NCBI RefSeq assembly: GCF_001194135.2
Contig: NC_068986.1
Location: 7,373,051 to 7,437,050, forward strand
Direction: 5' to 3'
DNA from: Octopus bimaculoides
Lineage: Eukaryota
DNA: 64,000 bases
Shown here: positions 11,839 to 24,908 of the stretch, piece by piece
Position numbering within the stretch: the first letter of the stretch is position 1
Layout: the number at the start of each line of letters is the position of its first letter
Program-made: the position numbers and the translations under genes
Notes under the pieces: generated by a model
What the model was told of the DNA's origin: nothing
What the model saw: the letters and a program-made list of their open reading frames with translations, nothing else
Databases searched by the model: none

Positions 11839-13570
11839 TACAACTAACTGATTGTCCTATATCATATTTATAGATAAATTCCTCTATTTACATAATATCG
11901 AAGTCTCATTCATTCTTTTGTTATTATTATTATTAATAAATTACCTCACGTATACCGCAACTTTTTCTCTAAAAGCCTATACAGCTTGTTTTAAAAAGTT
12001 GCTATAAATGGGTTGAGGACTGCCTCGCAGAAGAATTTAATCTGGACGCCTACAGTATCGATTATTCTATGAAAAACATACCTATACCATCCAGGGAACT
12101 ATACTCTAAGAAACTATTGGAGAAAATTACATACCTTATTAAGCGTATGAGATAGAAGGCCTTCTTTTACAACGATAAAGAGACCACTACAGAGGACATT
12201 TTATGGAATTAAATCAAAAAAATTCCCTCCTAAAATCAAGGATTTAGAAGACTTCGAAACGGACCTACTGAAGCATATAAACAAAATGAAATTTCGTCTT
12301 TTTACACTTTCCAACAGAAACTGAACAAAGATATCAAAGGCATAAAAAAGTTTTTAAAAAAACGGCACTTTCTGATAAAACCAATAACTTATATCTTGTA
12401 GATAACAGCACATATTCACGACTCCCACATAACAATATTATTAATAATTACACTAAAGCTAGCATCATCGCCGCTAGGCTTACATTATATAAAAAAAATT
12501 GAGGTCCTTCCAAAAAATGAGGCCTTTATAACTATTAAAGACCATAAAAAGAACTTTCTATCTAATCCTAAATATAGACTTATTAACCCAGCAAAATCAG
12601 AAATTGGTATTATTAGTAAAGAAATTTTAGGAAAAAAAATCAATGCTAAAGCCAAAAATGCAACTAGTTTAGTACAATGGTCCAATAGTATAGAAGTCGT
12701 TGACTGGTTTAAAGAAGTTAGGAATAAGAATAAAGCGAGATTCACAATTTGATATTGTAGATTTCTATGCTTCTATCTATAAGGAACTGCTAGATGAAGC
12801 CCTCGCCTTCGCAAACGAATTTACAGAGATTAGTATACAAGATAAGAACATAATCTTCCATGCTAGAAAGACATTACTCTTCAGCGAGAACACAGAGTGG
12901 GTTAAGTCAACCGACACAGAGGGTGCTTTCGATGCGAGCATGGGGTCATATGATGGAGCAGGTATGTGCGATCTCATTGGACTATTCCTACTCGATACAT
13001 TGGGAAAAACATTTCCTGGTGTATATTTCGCCATTTACAAAGATGATGCTCTAGCTTTAACTACAAATGCCAATGAACCAGCGCAAGATCGATTAAGGAA
13101 GGACATTATCTTCTTGATGAAAACATTCGATCTTAGTATAATAGATACCAACCTGACGGTTGTCAATTTCCTTGATGTATCTTTAGATTTAAATAAGATT
13201 GTTTACAAACCCTATAGTTAAGCCTAACGATAGACAGTTATTTTAATGTAGGTTCTTGCCCCCCCCCATAGTGTTTAAGAATTTAGATAAAAACATTAGT
13301 AAGAGAATTTCGACCCTCTCCTCTGATATAAACATCTTTAATAATGTTGCCTCAATATATAATGAAGCTCTTAAAGATAGTAGTTTTAGTAAGGAAATAA
13401 CCTATACACCTGTTATTAGTCCAGAAATAAAAGAAAAGAAAACATAGGAAAAGGAAAATTATCTGTTTCACACCCCCTTACTCTCCCGAAGTAGATATTT
13501 CTTATCACTTATAGATAAGAATTTTCCAATTAATCATAAGTATAGGAAGCTCTTTAATAGGCATATTATA
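11776..13570 (+). mobile_element. Penelope-like element (RT-bearing, degenerate, lacks the endonuclease end; tentatively Naiad-type)
   Basis: YSMKNIPIPS..LIKRMR*KAFF (12064+); SDKTNNLY; AFITIKDHKKNF..PKYRLINPAKSEIG; FDIVDFYASI; MGSYDGAGMCDLIGLFLL; YKDDAL; VNFLDVSLDL; LIDKNFP.NHKYRKLFNR. Confidence 0.9.
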
Positions 13571-13623
13571 TATATATATAGATAACATCCTGCAACACAT
13601 AAAATAAAAAAACATTAATATAT

Positions 13624-13780
13624 AGGAGTGGCTGTGTGTTAAGTAGCTTGGCTACCAGCCACATGGTTGTGGGTTCAGTCCCACTGCGTGGCACCTTGGT
13701 CAAGTGTCTTCTACTATAGCCTCGGGCCGACAAAAGCCTTGTGAGTGGATTTAGTAGACGGAAACTGAAAGAAGCCTGTC

Positions 13781-13823
<43 letters not shown>

Positions 13824-14010
13824 AACTTCGCTTGACAGCCGATGCTGGTGTGTTTACGTCCCCGTAACATAGTGGTTCGGCAAAAGATACCGATAGAATA
13901 AGTACTAGGCTTACAAAGAATAAGTCCTGGGGTCGATTTGCTCGACTAAAGGCGGTGCTCCAGCATGGCCGCAGTCAAATGACTGAAACAAGTAAAAGAG
14001 TAAAAGAGAG
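13624..14010 (+). mobile_element. SINE family A, full length, with internal (GT)n
   Basis: AGGAGTGGCTGTGTG..GGGTTCAGTCCC..ACCTTGGTCAAGTGTCTT..CAGCATGGCCGCAGTC..GTAAAAGAGTAAAAGAGAG. Confidence 0.92.
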
Positions 14011-15139
14011 TATATATATTTATAAAAATATATATTTATAAAAATATACATTAAAATATATATATACGTACAGACGCAGCATAAATTTATGTGATTGTAA
14101 TATGTGTACTAACAAATTTTAAGCGTAAATAGATACATTTTGTGTGTATTAAATATAGCTTTATTTTATATAATTTGTTATAACAATATTTGCCGCTGGT
14201 ATACAATCATGCACAAGAGAGTTATAAACATGTTTCCATTTACAGAGTGATCTGTACGGTAAAAACTCTTCAATTTCTGCGAAGAGTTTCTCCTATTTTG
14301 TTTATCATCAGTTATATTCGTTTAAGGTTAATTCACCTTGGAAAATTGGCGTAGTGTTATTGATGTAGCTGCGATCAATACGGAAAACGTTAAATTAACG
14401 AAAAACATTTCATTCTTGAAGTTTACGACTTGTGATTCAAGTGTCGCCGTACCTCCAGCTAAGAAATATAGTTACATGACTATGAATTATCTAGTAGGGT
14501 TGTATAAAAGAATGGCTGCAATAGACAATTGCCCGCTGGGTTTGTCAGGAAGGTATAAACCTTGAAAACATAAAAAAAAAAAATTTTATCAAGAAATCAG
14601 CGGATGAAGAAATGGTAGTCAAGAAGTTCTTTTAAAAGTTTGATTACTGCTGTGTAATCAATCTTAAGAAAGGCAATCACCAGATTTAGGCAGTAGAACA
14701 TGACATGACTTGTTCAAATCAATGTTCAAGGAAGGCCATGTTGAAATGAAAAGTGCACCATTTGGTCATGGGCGTAGTTGTTAATTTCCCGCAGGGTTTA
14801 GGGTATTTGTGGAAGCTTCAGTTAAATCATTGTTGCACCAAAAACATTTATTTCTTCTGACATTTATATTAGAATTTAAAAAAAATACTTTATGGTTCCG
14901 TTTCCCAGCAATTTTAGTTTATGAAATAATCATTAACGCTTCAAGCAGGCCACAGAAATGCCATGTTATTGTTCCGGTTAAGAAGACTAATCTTTAACTG
15001 TGTTACGACATTAATTCTAAAGTGACATTCAGAATGATGCTAGTATAGCACTAGTGCAGCAATAATTGGGTACCCTCCCAGCAGTATACTGGATAGACAC
15101 TATCCCTTAGTGGGTTGTACCCCCAACCCCTAACTCTCT

Positions 15140-15420
15140 CACGTTATATATATATATATATACACACACACATATAAACGCACGCACACATACATACATA
15201 CATACATACATACATGCACACACACATATACACGCACACAAACAGCCAGACAGACACACATATACACACATACACACACAGAGACACGCGCAGACACGCA
15301 TATACACTCGCGCGCACAACGACATACACACGCAAGCACACACTCACACATACACACGCACACGCGTATATTATATTTATATACATGCACACACAAACAT
15401 CACACATATACAAGTGTTGC
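15140..15420. repeat. (TA)/(CA)/(TACA) compound microsatellite
   Basis: Direct inspection. Confidence 0.9.
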
Positions 15421-15450
15421 ACTATAAAGTAGTGTTATATGAAGGAAATG

Positions 15451-15553
15451 TTTACTCTAGTTTCAGTCATTTGACTGCGGCCATGCTGGAGCACCGCCTT
15501 TAGTCGAGCAAATCGACCCCAGGACTTATTCTTTGTAAGCCTAGTTCTTACAT

Positions 15554-15592
<39 letters not shown>

Positions 15593-15620
15593 CACACGAC
15601 GGGCTTCTTTCAGTTTCCGT
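15451..15620 (-). mobile_element. SINE family A, internally deleted and 5'-truncated
   Basis: TTTCAGTCATTTGACTGCGGCCATGCTGGAGCACCGCCTTTAGTCGAGCAAATCGACCCCAGG..GTAAGCCTAG jumps directly to (CA)/(TA) and GGGCTTCTTTCAGTTTCCGT. Confidence 0.85.
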
Positions 15621-17037
15621 TGGTAGCAGGGTGGAGAGGGAGCAAGGATGAGCAGCAGAGTGGGAGTGAGGGAGAAAAAGGATAGAGACACCGGGAAAAG
15701 GCAGGTTAGTGGGAGAAGAAAGAGATGGAAGTTGTTTTTTTTTTCCAAAATGTATATTTTGAGTATATGCATGTTTATGTAATAATATGTATGTATGTAT
15801 AAGTGCTGGGACTAAGGAGGATATTAACTCATTTATGGTGAGATAAGCAGAAAAGTGATAAGAGACAATCCTTATACTTACAGTGAACCCAACAAGCTGA
15901 CTCGTATAAACTTGTGCTTAGAAGGAAAAAGCAAATCACCATTAAAGTTGAGGTAGGCCTCTGAGAGGAATTAGTTTCTCTATATTCTTTACTCAGACAA
16001 AATCTGCGCTTTCTACAGCCGCTGAAGTAAGGTCTGCACCTCTCTAGCAGTATCCACTTAATGTTACATTGTGCAGCGTTTTATTTTAATGTCTATATAT
16101 GCCTCGCAAATGAACTTAGTTTCATATGTCGCAAAATAAAGAAAAAAGACTACAGGGTTATCTCAATCTACTGGAAAAAAATCCCCTTCAAGTACACTTT
16201 ATTGTTTTAAAATGGGAAATGTACATTAGGATAAGGGCAAAGCAATCAAGGTTGCAATGGTTTTCATCATAGACCTGCTCAGGTGGAGACGATTTCGAAT
16301 TTAATAATTTCGTTACGAATGGCAGAGAAACTTATGCACCTCATGAGATTTCGCTTTAAAAATATAAAACCTTTTCCTGTAATAAATCAAACTATATTCT
16401 TATACACTTTTACAACAGTCTTGTAAGAGATGAACGCCAAATGTAGTTCCAATTTAGTTTTAAAATGAAAATCCATGATTCAGCGAAATCTATATTCTGA
16501 AGCAGCAATTAACTCTTTGCCGACTGTTAAAATCCACTAGAAACTAATGCGATTAAAGATACATGAAGATATTTATTTGAACATACTTATTAAAGAGAAA
16601 GATTATGTGTGGAAGTTGATGGATAGAATCGAGTTAAAAGTTTTTAGAAGTTTAGTTGAAAAGCGGAAAGTAAATGCAGCATCTACAGAACGTCACTAAC
16701 CCCCGATGAATAGTTTAATAATTGCATCTGGTTTACTTAGTGATTTCTTTTAAAAGCATAGGTTATAATTATTAAAGTGGCTTTACGGTTAGACCTCGTT
16801 TGATATTGGTAGTTTTACCGATAACTTTATTAGTTCTTCGTTAGTGGTTTACAGTGACTAAAGAAAAAGTTGAAATGGTACTGCAAAGGTGAGGAAATCC
16901 TGTTTTCTGTCAATATGACGATGTTAATAACAATAATTTTACACATATAAAATAAATATTATGATGAGATGTAATTAATTGTAGTATAATCCGTTCGTAT
17001 TTTACATAGGCAAGCAAGATGAATAAATAAGCCTTAC

Positions 17038-17103
17038 CTGTAGTGAAGTAGTGAGACATCGAAACCAATATATTACCAGCATAGACAGCAAAAGTATTGC
17101 CAT
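17038..17103 (-). CDS. Candidate first coding exon encoding a signal-peptide-like sequence
   Basis: ATG at 17103; MAILLLSMLVIYWFRCLTTSLQ (22 codons), ending at a canonical donor CAG|GTAAGG. No homology recognised. Confidence 0.3.
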
Positions 17104-18004
17104 GTAATATAATTAATGTTATTTAGTGACGGAATGTTATGTCAGGTATATCCGGAATTAAAATACTTGAAATACAGTGGTTGAAGAATTGTGAAGTTTT
17201 AGGTGATTCAGAGAAAATGAAAGTCTACTGAAAATGTTCGCGGGAGAAACATATTATATAAGGTATCCACTTTGGAAGAAGCTCTAATAATTTTGTTATA
17301 AGCTTTATATTCGCCAGAATAAATTTTGCGTGGAGGACATCTGCATGGCAAATTAAAGAATAGAAGTAAACTTAATTAAATTTAGAGAGGGAGCTGGTAT
17401 CATTGTATGATTAAAATTTTCATTTTATAACTACGAGGTTTCAGTTTCAAATCCCCGCTCGGCATTTACGACCGCTAATTTTGTGTCGGCCAAATCGTTG
17501 TGAGAGGAAAACGTTTCAACTGCGAATACTCCCGTTTTAGAGAGAAGACTTAATTTGTATCATAGTTTAATACCACCATCTGAAAATTTAAGTGGAGTTC
17601 CCTATCTCGAAGGCCTCGAGGAACTAAAAAAAAGAGATCATTGGCTATGTACTTCTATCTCTGATTAAGGCATGAAATAACTCCTTAACCGTATTTAAAA
17701 ATTGTCCAAAATAAGAATATCATAAATTTAGTTTTTCTCATTTTTTCAAACATTGATAATCTATTTTGATCTCGCATGTTTGCACTCATGCAGATAAATC
17801 CAAATACATTCCATTTAACAGCGATATGATTTGTAATTTTAAAAAAATGAAGTCACTATTTCTGTTGGCGAAATTTCACAAGAATTTGGTCGCTCGAAAT
17901 ATTAGTAGAAGTTCAAAGTACTACGCAGCAATGTGAACCCGAGACTTCGTAGTTAAGAAATCAATATTTACAAATTTATGCGATATGTAATTGGTTTCAA
18001 ATTT

Positions 18005-18208
18005 TTGGCAGAAGGTCACCAATTTTAAAGGAGAAGGGGATAATCGATTACATCGAACCCAGCACGCAACTAGTGCTTATTTTATCTGCCCCGAAATAAT
18101 GAAAGGGAATGTCGACCTCAGCGGAATTCGAACTCAGAACATGAAGACGACGAAATTCCACTAAGCGTTTTTCCCGGCGCGGTAACGATTCTGCCATCTC
18201 GCTGCCTT
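18005..18208 (-). mobile_element. SINE family B copy
   Basis: ATCGATTACATCGAACCCAG..GTCGACCTCAGCGGAATTCGAACTCAGAAC..ATTCTGCCATCTCGCTGCCTT. Confidence 0.88.
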
Positions 18209-18399
18209 TATGCGATGTGTAATTAAACAACAAATAGCCCGTCTTAGCTTGGTCTCTGTCCTTTGACCTGTCCAGCATGGGACGCTCTAGTAGGAGCTTG
18301 CACTCTGCTGACATAGTTCTCAGGGTCATTGAGGCATGCAAGCAACCCCATCACAACAAGAACTGGGGCCTTGTGTTGGATGTTTATTTCTTCTTATTC

Positions 18400-18435
18400 C
18401 TTTCTGTCGAAGGGCGTAGACTTGAAACGTAAAAG
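18400..18435 (+). ncRNA. Degenerate minimal hammerhead motif
   Basis: CTTT-CTGTCGA-A-GGGC-gtag-ACTT-GAAA-CGT-A-AAAG. Stem I is perfect (4 bp) and stem III carries an ACGT palindrome; core A6 is mutated and stem II is decayed. Confidence 0.5.
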
Positions 18436-20181
18436 ACTTTTCTATTTTACCCGAGCGTCAAACTAATACACTGGCTTGTTGTTCCTACTCTTGCTATTGT
18501 CTTTTGTTTTTCTATAAATTTGAACTGTATGTATGTATGTATGTATGTATGTATGCATGTATGTACGTATGTGTGTGTATATATTGGATCAGATTTTATA
18601 TAACTATGTAACCGGCATACGCTGTACTTCTCTTTGTCGCAGACTTTAATGTTTTTGTCATTCTTCTGCATAGAATTGATTCACAGCTGTTTTCTTAGTG
18701 AATACATTTTGGATAATATCAGAAAATAATTCTATTCATAGGTTCAAACGGTAGAGGAGTCGTAATATTATCACTTCCAAGATAAATTTCAGAAATACCC
18801 TGAAATGCATCACCTGTGATGTTTCTAGAGTCTTAGGGATTTTCGGGTACTTCAAAACCAGACCGTTCACACAGTTGATCCATCCAAGACTGATCAAGTC
18901 TCAGTTTGCTCCCAGGGACAACAGATCATTAGTCTGCCCTTTTTATTCAAAGTCAACAAATATATATTTTCTTCTGGAATCGTATCGTAAATTTAACCTG
19001 GAAATACACCAATATCCTATCAATAATCAGATATCGAAACCTCAAATTTACAAGAAAGGGATATTCTTTACTCTTCTGTAATTGCTATTAGCGGGGCAGT
19101 AATATGAAAATATTTCATGACCTAATTTATAGTTTTCATTGTTTGATAAAGTTCACGATGTTTGTCTCAAGTTGAAGCATTCTTTTACACACAGGCCACT
19201 AAATACTCTTCTTTGGAAGGTTTTTTTTGTTTAACTTCACACAATTGATGTATCTCTTTCAAACATTCGATAACTTTGTTCCTTGTTCTGAAACTACAAG
19301 TTAATTGCATGATATTAATCTGGCGAGAATACCAATTTTCATGTTTGATTTAACTCTTTCCGTAGAACAAAAGAAACATATAAGGCATCTATGTGGTTTC
19401 CACTATGAACTATTCTGAATAATACTGAATGTGGCGTATCAGATATTATAATCTCAGACGTTTATTAAACTATAAATCACACTAAGGAAATGTTGGGAAA
19501 TTCATTTGAAGGTATGTGAACTTCAGATACATACTCATGCTTAATTAGTTAACAGTCTGAATACGCAATAAATACTCTTTCACTATTGGAGATAAATTAA
19601 TATCTACGTGAATGATATTTACTCTCAATAATCTATAACACTATAAATACAATTATCTTTCTATTTCTCTAATATAAGTTATTCTTTCTAGCGTTTATAA
19701 CTATTCTTAATTTAGAAGTATGTTGGCCCACATCACAACCAAAATATCATTCTCATAAATCATTCAAAGCATTCGATAGATTTCCTATCAATTTTGATTG
19801 GGTTTGATTTATTAGTTTTTAGTTTTCTGCGAGAAATATACTTGTTACTGACTTTTACGTGTAAATAATTTTTGATGAGGTTTAAATGTTCCCTGATTAA
19901 ATAACTTCTGTTAGAATATATAAGGCTAAGAAGTCATTCTCTGCAAAAAAGAAAATTAAAATAAAAATGCTTATACTTCCACATATATTTCGATTATTGC
20001 ACACATCGCAATTCAACCATAGTTTCCTGCATTAAATAATTATCTAAGTTATTCTTCCTCACGCTGGGTTCTACAATCTCCACTAACGATATTACAAGGT
20101 TAAATACTTACTATTAAATGCAGTCATGGAATATAGTGGAAAATATACATACGTACACACACAATCACACACGCATATATA

Positions 20182-20234
<53 letters not shown>

Positions 20235-20329
20235 ACAAATACTCGTATGTGTATTTGTCGGTAGGCTGCGACTGGCGTGATGGAGATTACTCTCTCAAAG
20301 CGTCGGGTATTAAGACACTTAAGAGTCAT

Positions 20330-22030
20330 AAGTCATTCAAGCAGAAGGTTCGAAAAGGTAATTCTTCATCGATACGAAGTTACTACTCAACATAGTCTTC
20401 ATTGCATGCATTTGCGCAATTGGGAAAACCAACTCACGAGTCCTATTTTTTAGAAATTGAAGTCACCTCTTCATAATCCCTTTTATCTCATCTGTTTTAT
20501 CAAATCATTGTCTCTGAAGACTGTCCTTCGCAGAACCCAATATGTGGAAGTCAGAGGGTACCGGACCTAGGCTGTACGGATGGAGGGGGGCACTGCTATG
20601 TTAATGATTGCCTGATTTGCTGTCAAAGATGTGTATGGTCATGTATTGTCATGGCGAATGTGGATCGTCTCCACACTCTTATTCTGCTTCTTCCTCCAAA
20701 CGGCTTCTCTAAGCTCTTGGAGTGTCTCAAGTGACTGTACCACTCACAGCTCAAGGTACTGCCGCAATCCAGAAAATCAAAATGAATGACAACCTTGTTA
20801 TCTCCGAACCAGATGTGACTGCCTGTGCTGGCCGCTGGCTCTTGAACTTCTTAGGCATTGGAGAAATAGTATGGCACCATTCTGTGAGCTGAACCTTCGT
20901 TTTCGAATCGTAAAGATACCCCTAACACTTCATTCTCTGTCTTCAGATCGGAAAAACAGTCTTCATTAGATTGAAAGGCTTCCAGCAGATCAAGAGCGCA
21001 CTTCCATCCTTTTTCCTTCACATCGGGTATTGACACCCGAGCGAGCCACTTCGCACAAATCTTCTGATGGTATTTCCCCAGCTTCTCATTTCTCATTTCT
21101 TATTTCTTTATTGCCCACAAGGGGCTAAACAGAGGGAACAAACAAGGACAGACGAACGGATTGAGTCGATTACATCGACCCCAGTGCGTAACTGGTACTT
21201 AATTTATCGACCCCGAAAGGATGAAAGTTAAAGTCGACCTCGGCGGAATTTGAACTCAGAACGTAACGGCAGGCGAAATACCGCTANNNNNNNNNNNNNN
21301 NNNNNNNNNNNNNNNNNNNNNNNNNNNNNNNNNNNNNNNNNNNNNNNNNNNNNNNNNNNNNNNNNNNNNNNNNNNNNNNNNNNNNNNNNNNNNNNNNNNN
21401 NNNNCGCCTTTTTTTTTTTACAGAGGTCGCCACCACCCCTTGCCGGAGCCTCGTGGAGCTTAAGGTGTTTTTTCGCTCAATAAACACACACAACGCCCGG
21501 TCTGGGAATCGAAACCGCGATCCTCCGACCGTGAGTCCGCTACCCTAACCACTGGGCCATTGAGCCTCCACCAGCTTCTGCATTACATTGTGCATTACAT
21601 TTCCCCAGCTTCTGCATTACATTGTGACCACAGTGCAATTGTCTAACAAGCTCAAGGATCGTAACTCATTAATCGATTCGTCACTGACCGGCGATTTGTG
21701 CCATTCGTCGCAGTTAATTGTCCCTCACTGCGTGCTTCGTCTCCAATATTGTTTCCGCTTTCTTTAAACTTTTCCAGCCGTTGCGTAGATCACTCTTGTT
21801 AATTATGTCATCTCGGCAGTCAACTAGTAGGCTTCTGTAGATGTCAGACAGCCTATATCCCTTCTTCGTTAACAACTAAAAGACGATATGTTGCTTCTGC
21901 TTAGAATCCATAATTTGTCTGTAATGAAGAACAGAAGGAAGAGTTAAAATAAAGGAATAATTACTCTACCAACATATGAAGTTTGAACGACTTAAAAAAA
22001 GTTGGCATTGTTTTTTGTTGAAACCTCATA
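20330..22030 (-). mobile_element. Near full-length degenerate mariner element interrupted by a SINE insertion
   Basis: ATG at 21911 (MDSKQKQHIV..); ICAKW; IRHDNT*PYT; PYSLGPVPSDFHILG (YSPDLAPSD equivalent); EDYVE* stop at 20383; TIR-like end TATGAGGTTTCAACAAAAAAC at 22030. Confidence 0.85.
21087..21570 (-). mobile_element. Composite SINE (family C head + family B body) within one target-site duplication
   Basis: CCAGCTTCT at 21078-86 and 21571-79 flanks: family C tRNA-like head (TGGCCCAGTGG, GGTTTCGATTCCC), A-rich linker, family B unit and (GAGAAAT)-type tail. Gap at 21287-21404 inside. Confidence 0.7.
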
Positions 22031-22089
22031 GCTGCTGTGGAGCACTTTTCACATACTTGTAGAATGTTGCTTCATTAATATGAAAAATA

Positions 22090-22293
22090 ATGCCTGCATG
22101 TATGTATGTATGCATGTGTGTGTATGTATATATGTGTGTGTATGCATACGTATATATGTATGCATGTGTGTGCATCTGTATGTATGTATTCTGCGTATTC
22201 ATGTGCTTGCATGTCCGTGTTTGTGTATTTTTATCTATGTGTGTGTGTGAGCGTGTGTTTGTATATGTATGCACCTCTATCTCCTTCTGTGTG

Positions 22294-22333
<40 letters not shown>

Positions 22334-22600
22334 GCAACTATGTACCATGTTTGTATGTATGGATGTGCATCTCCATATGCGTGGACATGTGTGTCCATGT
22401 GTCCTTGTGTGAAGTAAAGTGTGTGTGTATATATGGTCATGTGTTTCAGTCTCCATTTGCGTATGTGTGCTTGTTTGTTCATATAACCTATGTACCTATC
22501 CGTCTGTATGTTGATCTGTTTATTTTCATATCCATATGCTTACATACATGTGCATATACACATATATACCCACACACATACATACATCTATCTACATAAC
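22090..22600. repeat. (TG/TA/TATG) low-complexity tract
   Basis: Direct inspection; source of spurious C/V/Y/M-rich ORFs. Confidence 0.9.
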
Positions 22601-22659
22601 ACCCCAATAACTATCCTACTCTACCTGTGTAAATTGTGGGTATGGAGGTATGATATCTA

Positions 22660-23322
22660 TTATGTATATTTCCTATTTAGTATTGGGGAAGTTTCATTTA
22701 TAAGGACGTTCTCCCGTATTTGTCTGAGTGTTGGGTCTTTTGGGTGCTTGGATAACATGCGGATGTCAAGTTGACCCAAGTTGCCCCCATGGTGGTCTTT
22801 AGTATGTTGGTAGAGTATGGAAGACTGTTTTTGTCGTCATATTGTCTCAGATGTTCAATTAGTCGTTCCGTGATGCTCCTAGATGTCTCCCCTATGTACA
22901 TCATGTTCATGTCTTTAAAAGCACCTTCTATGTATCTTATGCTGTAAACTACATTTCGAGTTCTACAGTTAATGCCAGGGGTAATCCTACATACCATGCA
23001 GTTATCATTGGTGCATGTGGTATTGTCAAAGTTGTGATCTGACGGAGTTCCCTGGCTTTTCAACAATCTTTACGTTGAGTTTGGTTTCCTTCAGAGCTTT
23101 TGTAAATCTACGGGTTAGTTCTCCATGGGCTGTGGCCTCTACAAACATCACTCCTTGATATTTGTCGGTTTTATACCACGTGTTCGCCCTGTTTGCTTTG
23201 TCACAAGTTCTTTTTATGCTATTCCATTCTTTCTTTCTATATCTAGGGCAGGTACCACTGGTATCATTACGTATAATGTTGCCTAATTTCTTTCTAGCCC
23301 CCCTGTATATTCGAACCCTATC
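22660..23322 (-). mobile_element. Penelope-like element 3' fragment (Neptune-type Cys-rich linker + GIY-YIG endonuclease), frameshifted
   Basis: WYKTDKYQGVMFVEATAHGEL..KIVEKPG; CTNDNCMVC..NCRTRNVVYSI..MYIGETSRSITERLIEH; RQIRENVLINETSPILNRK*. Confidence 0.88.
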
Positions 23323-23455
23323 TTTTACCGGTGAGCATGTTAAATTATAAGGCACAAAAAGAAAATTACTCTCCCCAGACATAACAGAATATGCTTCAAC
23401 ACATGAACTCACATAAAGAATCTTGCAAACCAAATCCAAAAACGAAATGAAAAAT
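23322..23455. repeat. Arm of a long-TIR non-coding repeat also present at 30630-30845
   Basis: GGTGAG..TGTTAAATTATAAGGCAC.AAAAGA.AAT.ACTCTCCCCAGAC matches about 30788-30839. The following ATATGCTTCAACAC..GCAAACCAAATC matches the reverse complement of about 30632-30700. Confidence 0.75.
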
Positions 23456-24846
23456 AATAAAATTTACTTAAAATCGTCCATTTTGATTTTGTACCGCAAA
23501 TTACGTTTACTGTTCAGATAATCAGAATTTTGAATGACTGCACAATAATAATTCATGGCCGATTAAGTATGAGAACATTGCTGATATTTGAGAGTTTATG
23601 ACACAAAACGTGACAAAGCACTATATTACATTTATTTCTTTAAAACTAATTTACAACATATTTCATAAATAGAACGAAAGAGATTTATCTGCAGCCATGC
23701 ACGTATGGCGGAAACTTATAATTTATGTGGAAGACAGCAATGATCGAAGTGTATCTCCAATGGCAGTATAAAGACAGAAATAAAAAGAAAACTATAATTA
23801 GAAACAAAGAGATACGACATTATATGTTATTAACGATATAAGTCTGGTAAAGTTGAATCGAAGCCAACGAAATACATTTATTTCATTATGGATATTGTAC
23901 AACTAATTCATAATCAACAATGACAGACGGAAAAGAAGAAATAAAATATAAGGAAAAAGTAAAATTTGCAAAACTTTCTCCCTTGGGAACTGGTTTTTGT
24001 TTTTACTCGATAGCCATGAATATAGAAAATTAGGGGAGCATATCAATAAGAAATTTGTAAACTCCCATTTATTAAAACTCTACTTTGATTGAGATATGAT
24101 AGCATTTCTTCTGCTTCATCTTGTTGGAAAAGCATAAAAAATATAATGGATGAGAAAAAAAAACAATTTGATATGACAACTATACAGCTGAATTATTGGT
24201 GGTTGTACGATTAGAGCTTCTACTAAAAAGAAGACATTAACTAGGTTATGCTAAACGTTACACTTTAATAGCATTATAGTATCATTGGCATCGAATACTC
24301 TTTGTAATGAACATGAGAAAATATTTAGATCATTTTTTAATGAATCTCAAAGATTATACATTTTAAGGGAGGAAGAATATTGTTTGTGACATTTATTTTT
24401 TACATTGATTTAAAATCACAGACAACTCGGTTATCTGTATAGTCGAAGATTACTTCACAACCGCAGCCAATATTAAAAATCAAGAATTAGCAAGTACCGT
24501 GTAATAATACTTCCGGTTTACTGCATTAACCAGCTTTAGAACCTAATTCACTGACGTCACCGAAATAATGTAAATTTCTTAGAAAATAATTATATCACAA
24601 TATCGATTTTACATCTGATGTGGAAGGAGTATTTGTATTAGCTATTTATAGCATTGAAATAAATTAAATTGGCAAAAAGCAGGTTGTATATTGATTACAC
24701 ACGAAGTACATTAAATCAAATATCCTTTGTATCTGATTCTAATTCCTAGATTTTACCACCTTCTAGACACCATGTGTAGTTACTTAAAAGAAACAAGACT
24801 ATTGCACTATATTACACATATATTACATTAATATACTGCACTAATA

Positions 24847-24908
24847 TACGTGGTGGAGGCTGAAAAGTTCCTAGCTTTAAGGGTATTAAGAAAGGCCTGG
24901 TTGAAGCT
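24847..24908. mobile_element. One end of the mariner-type MITE seen intact at 42669-42888
   Basis: TACGTGGTGGAGGCTGAAAAGTTCCTAGCTTTAAGGG..AAAGGCCTGGTTGAAG matches the reverse complement of about 42828-42890. Confidence 0.75.
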
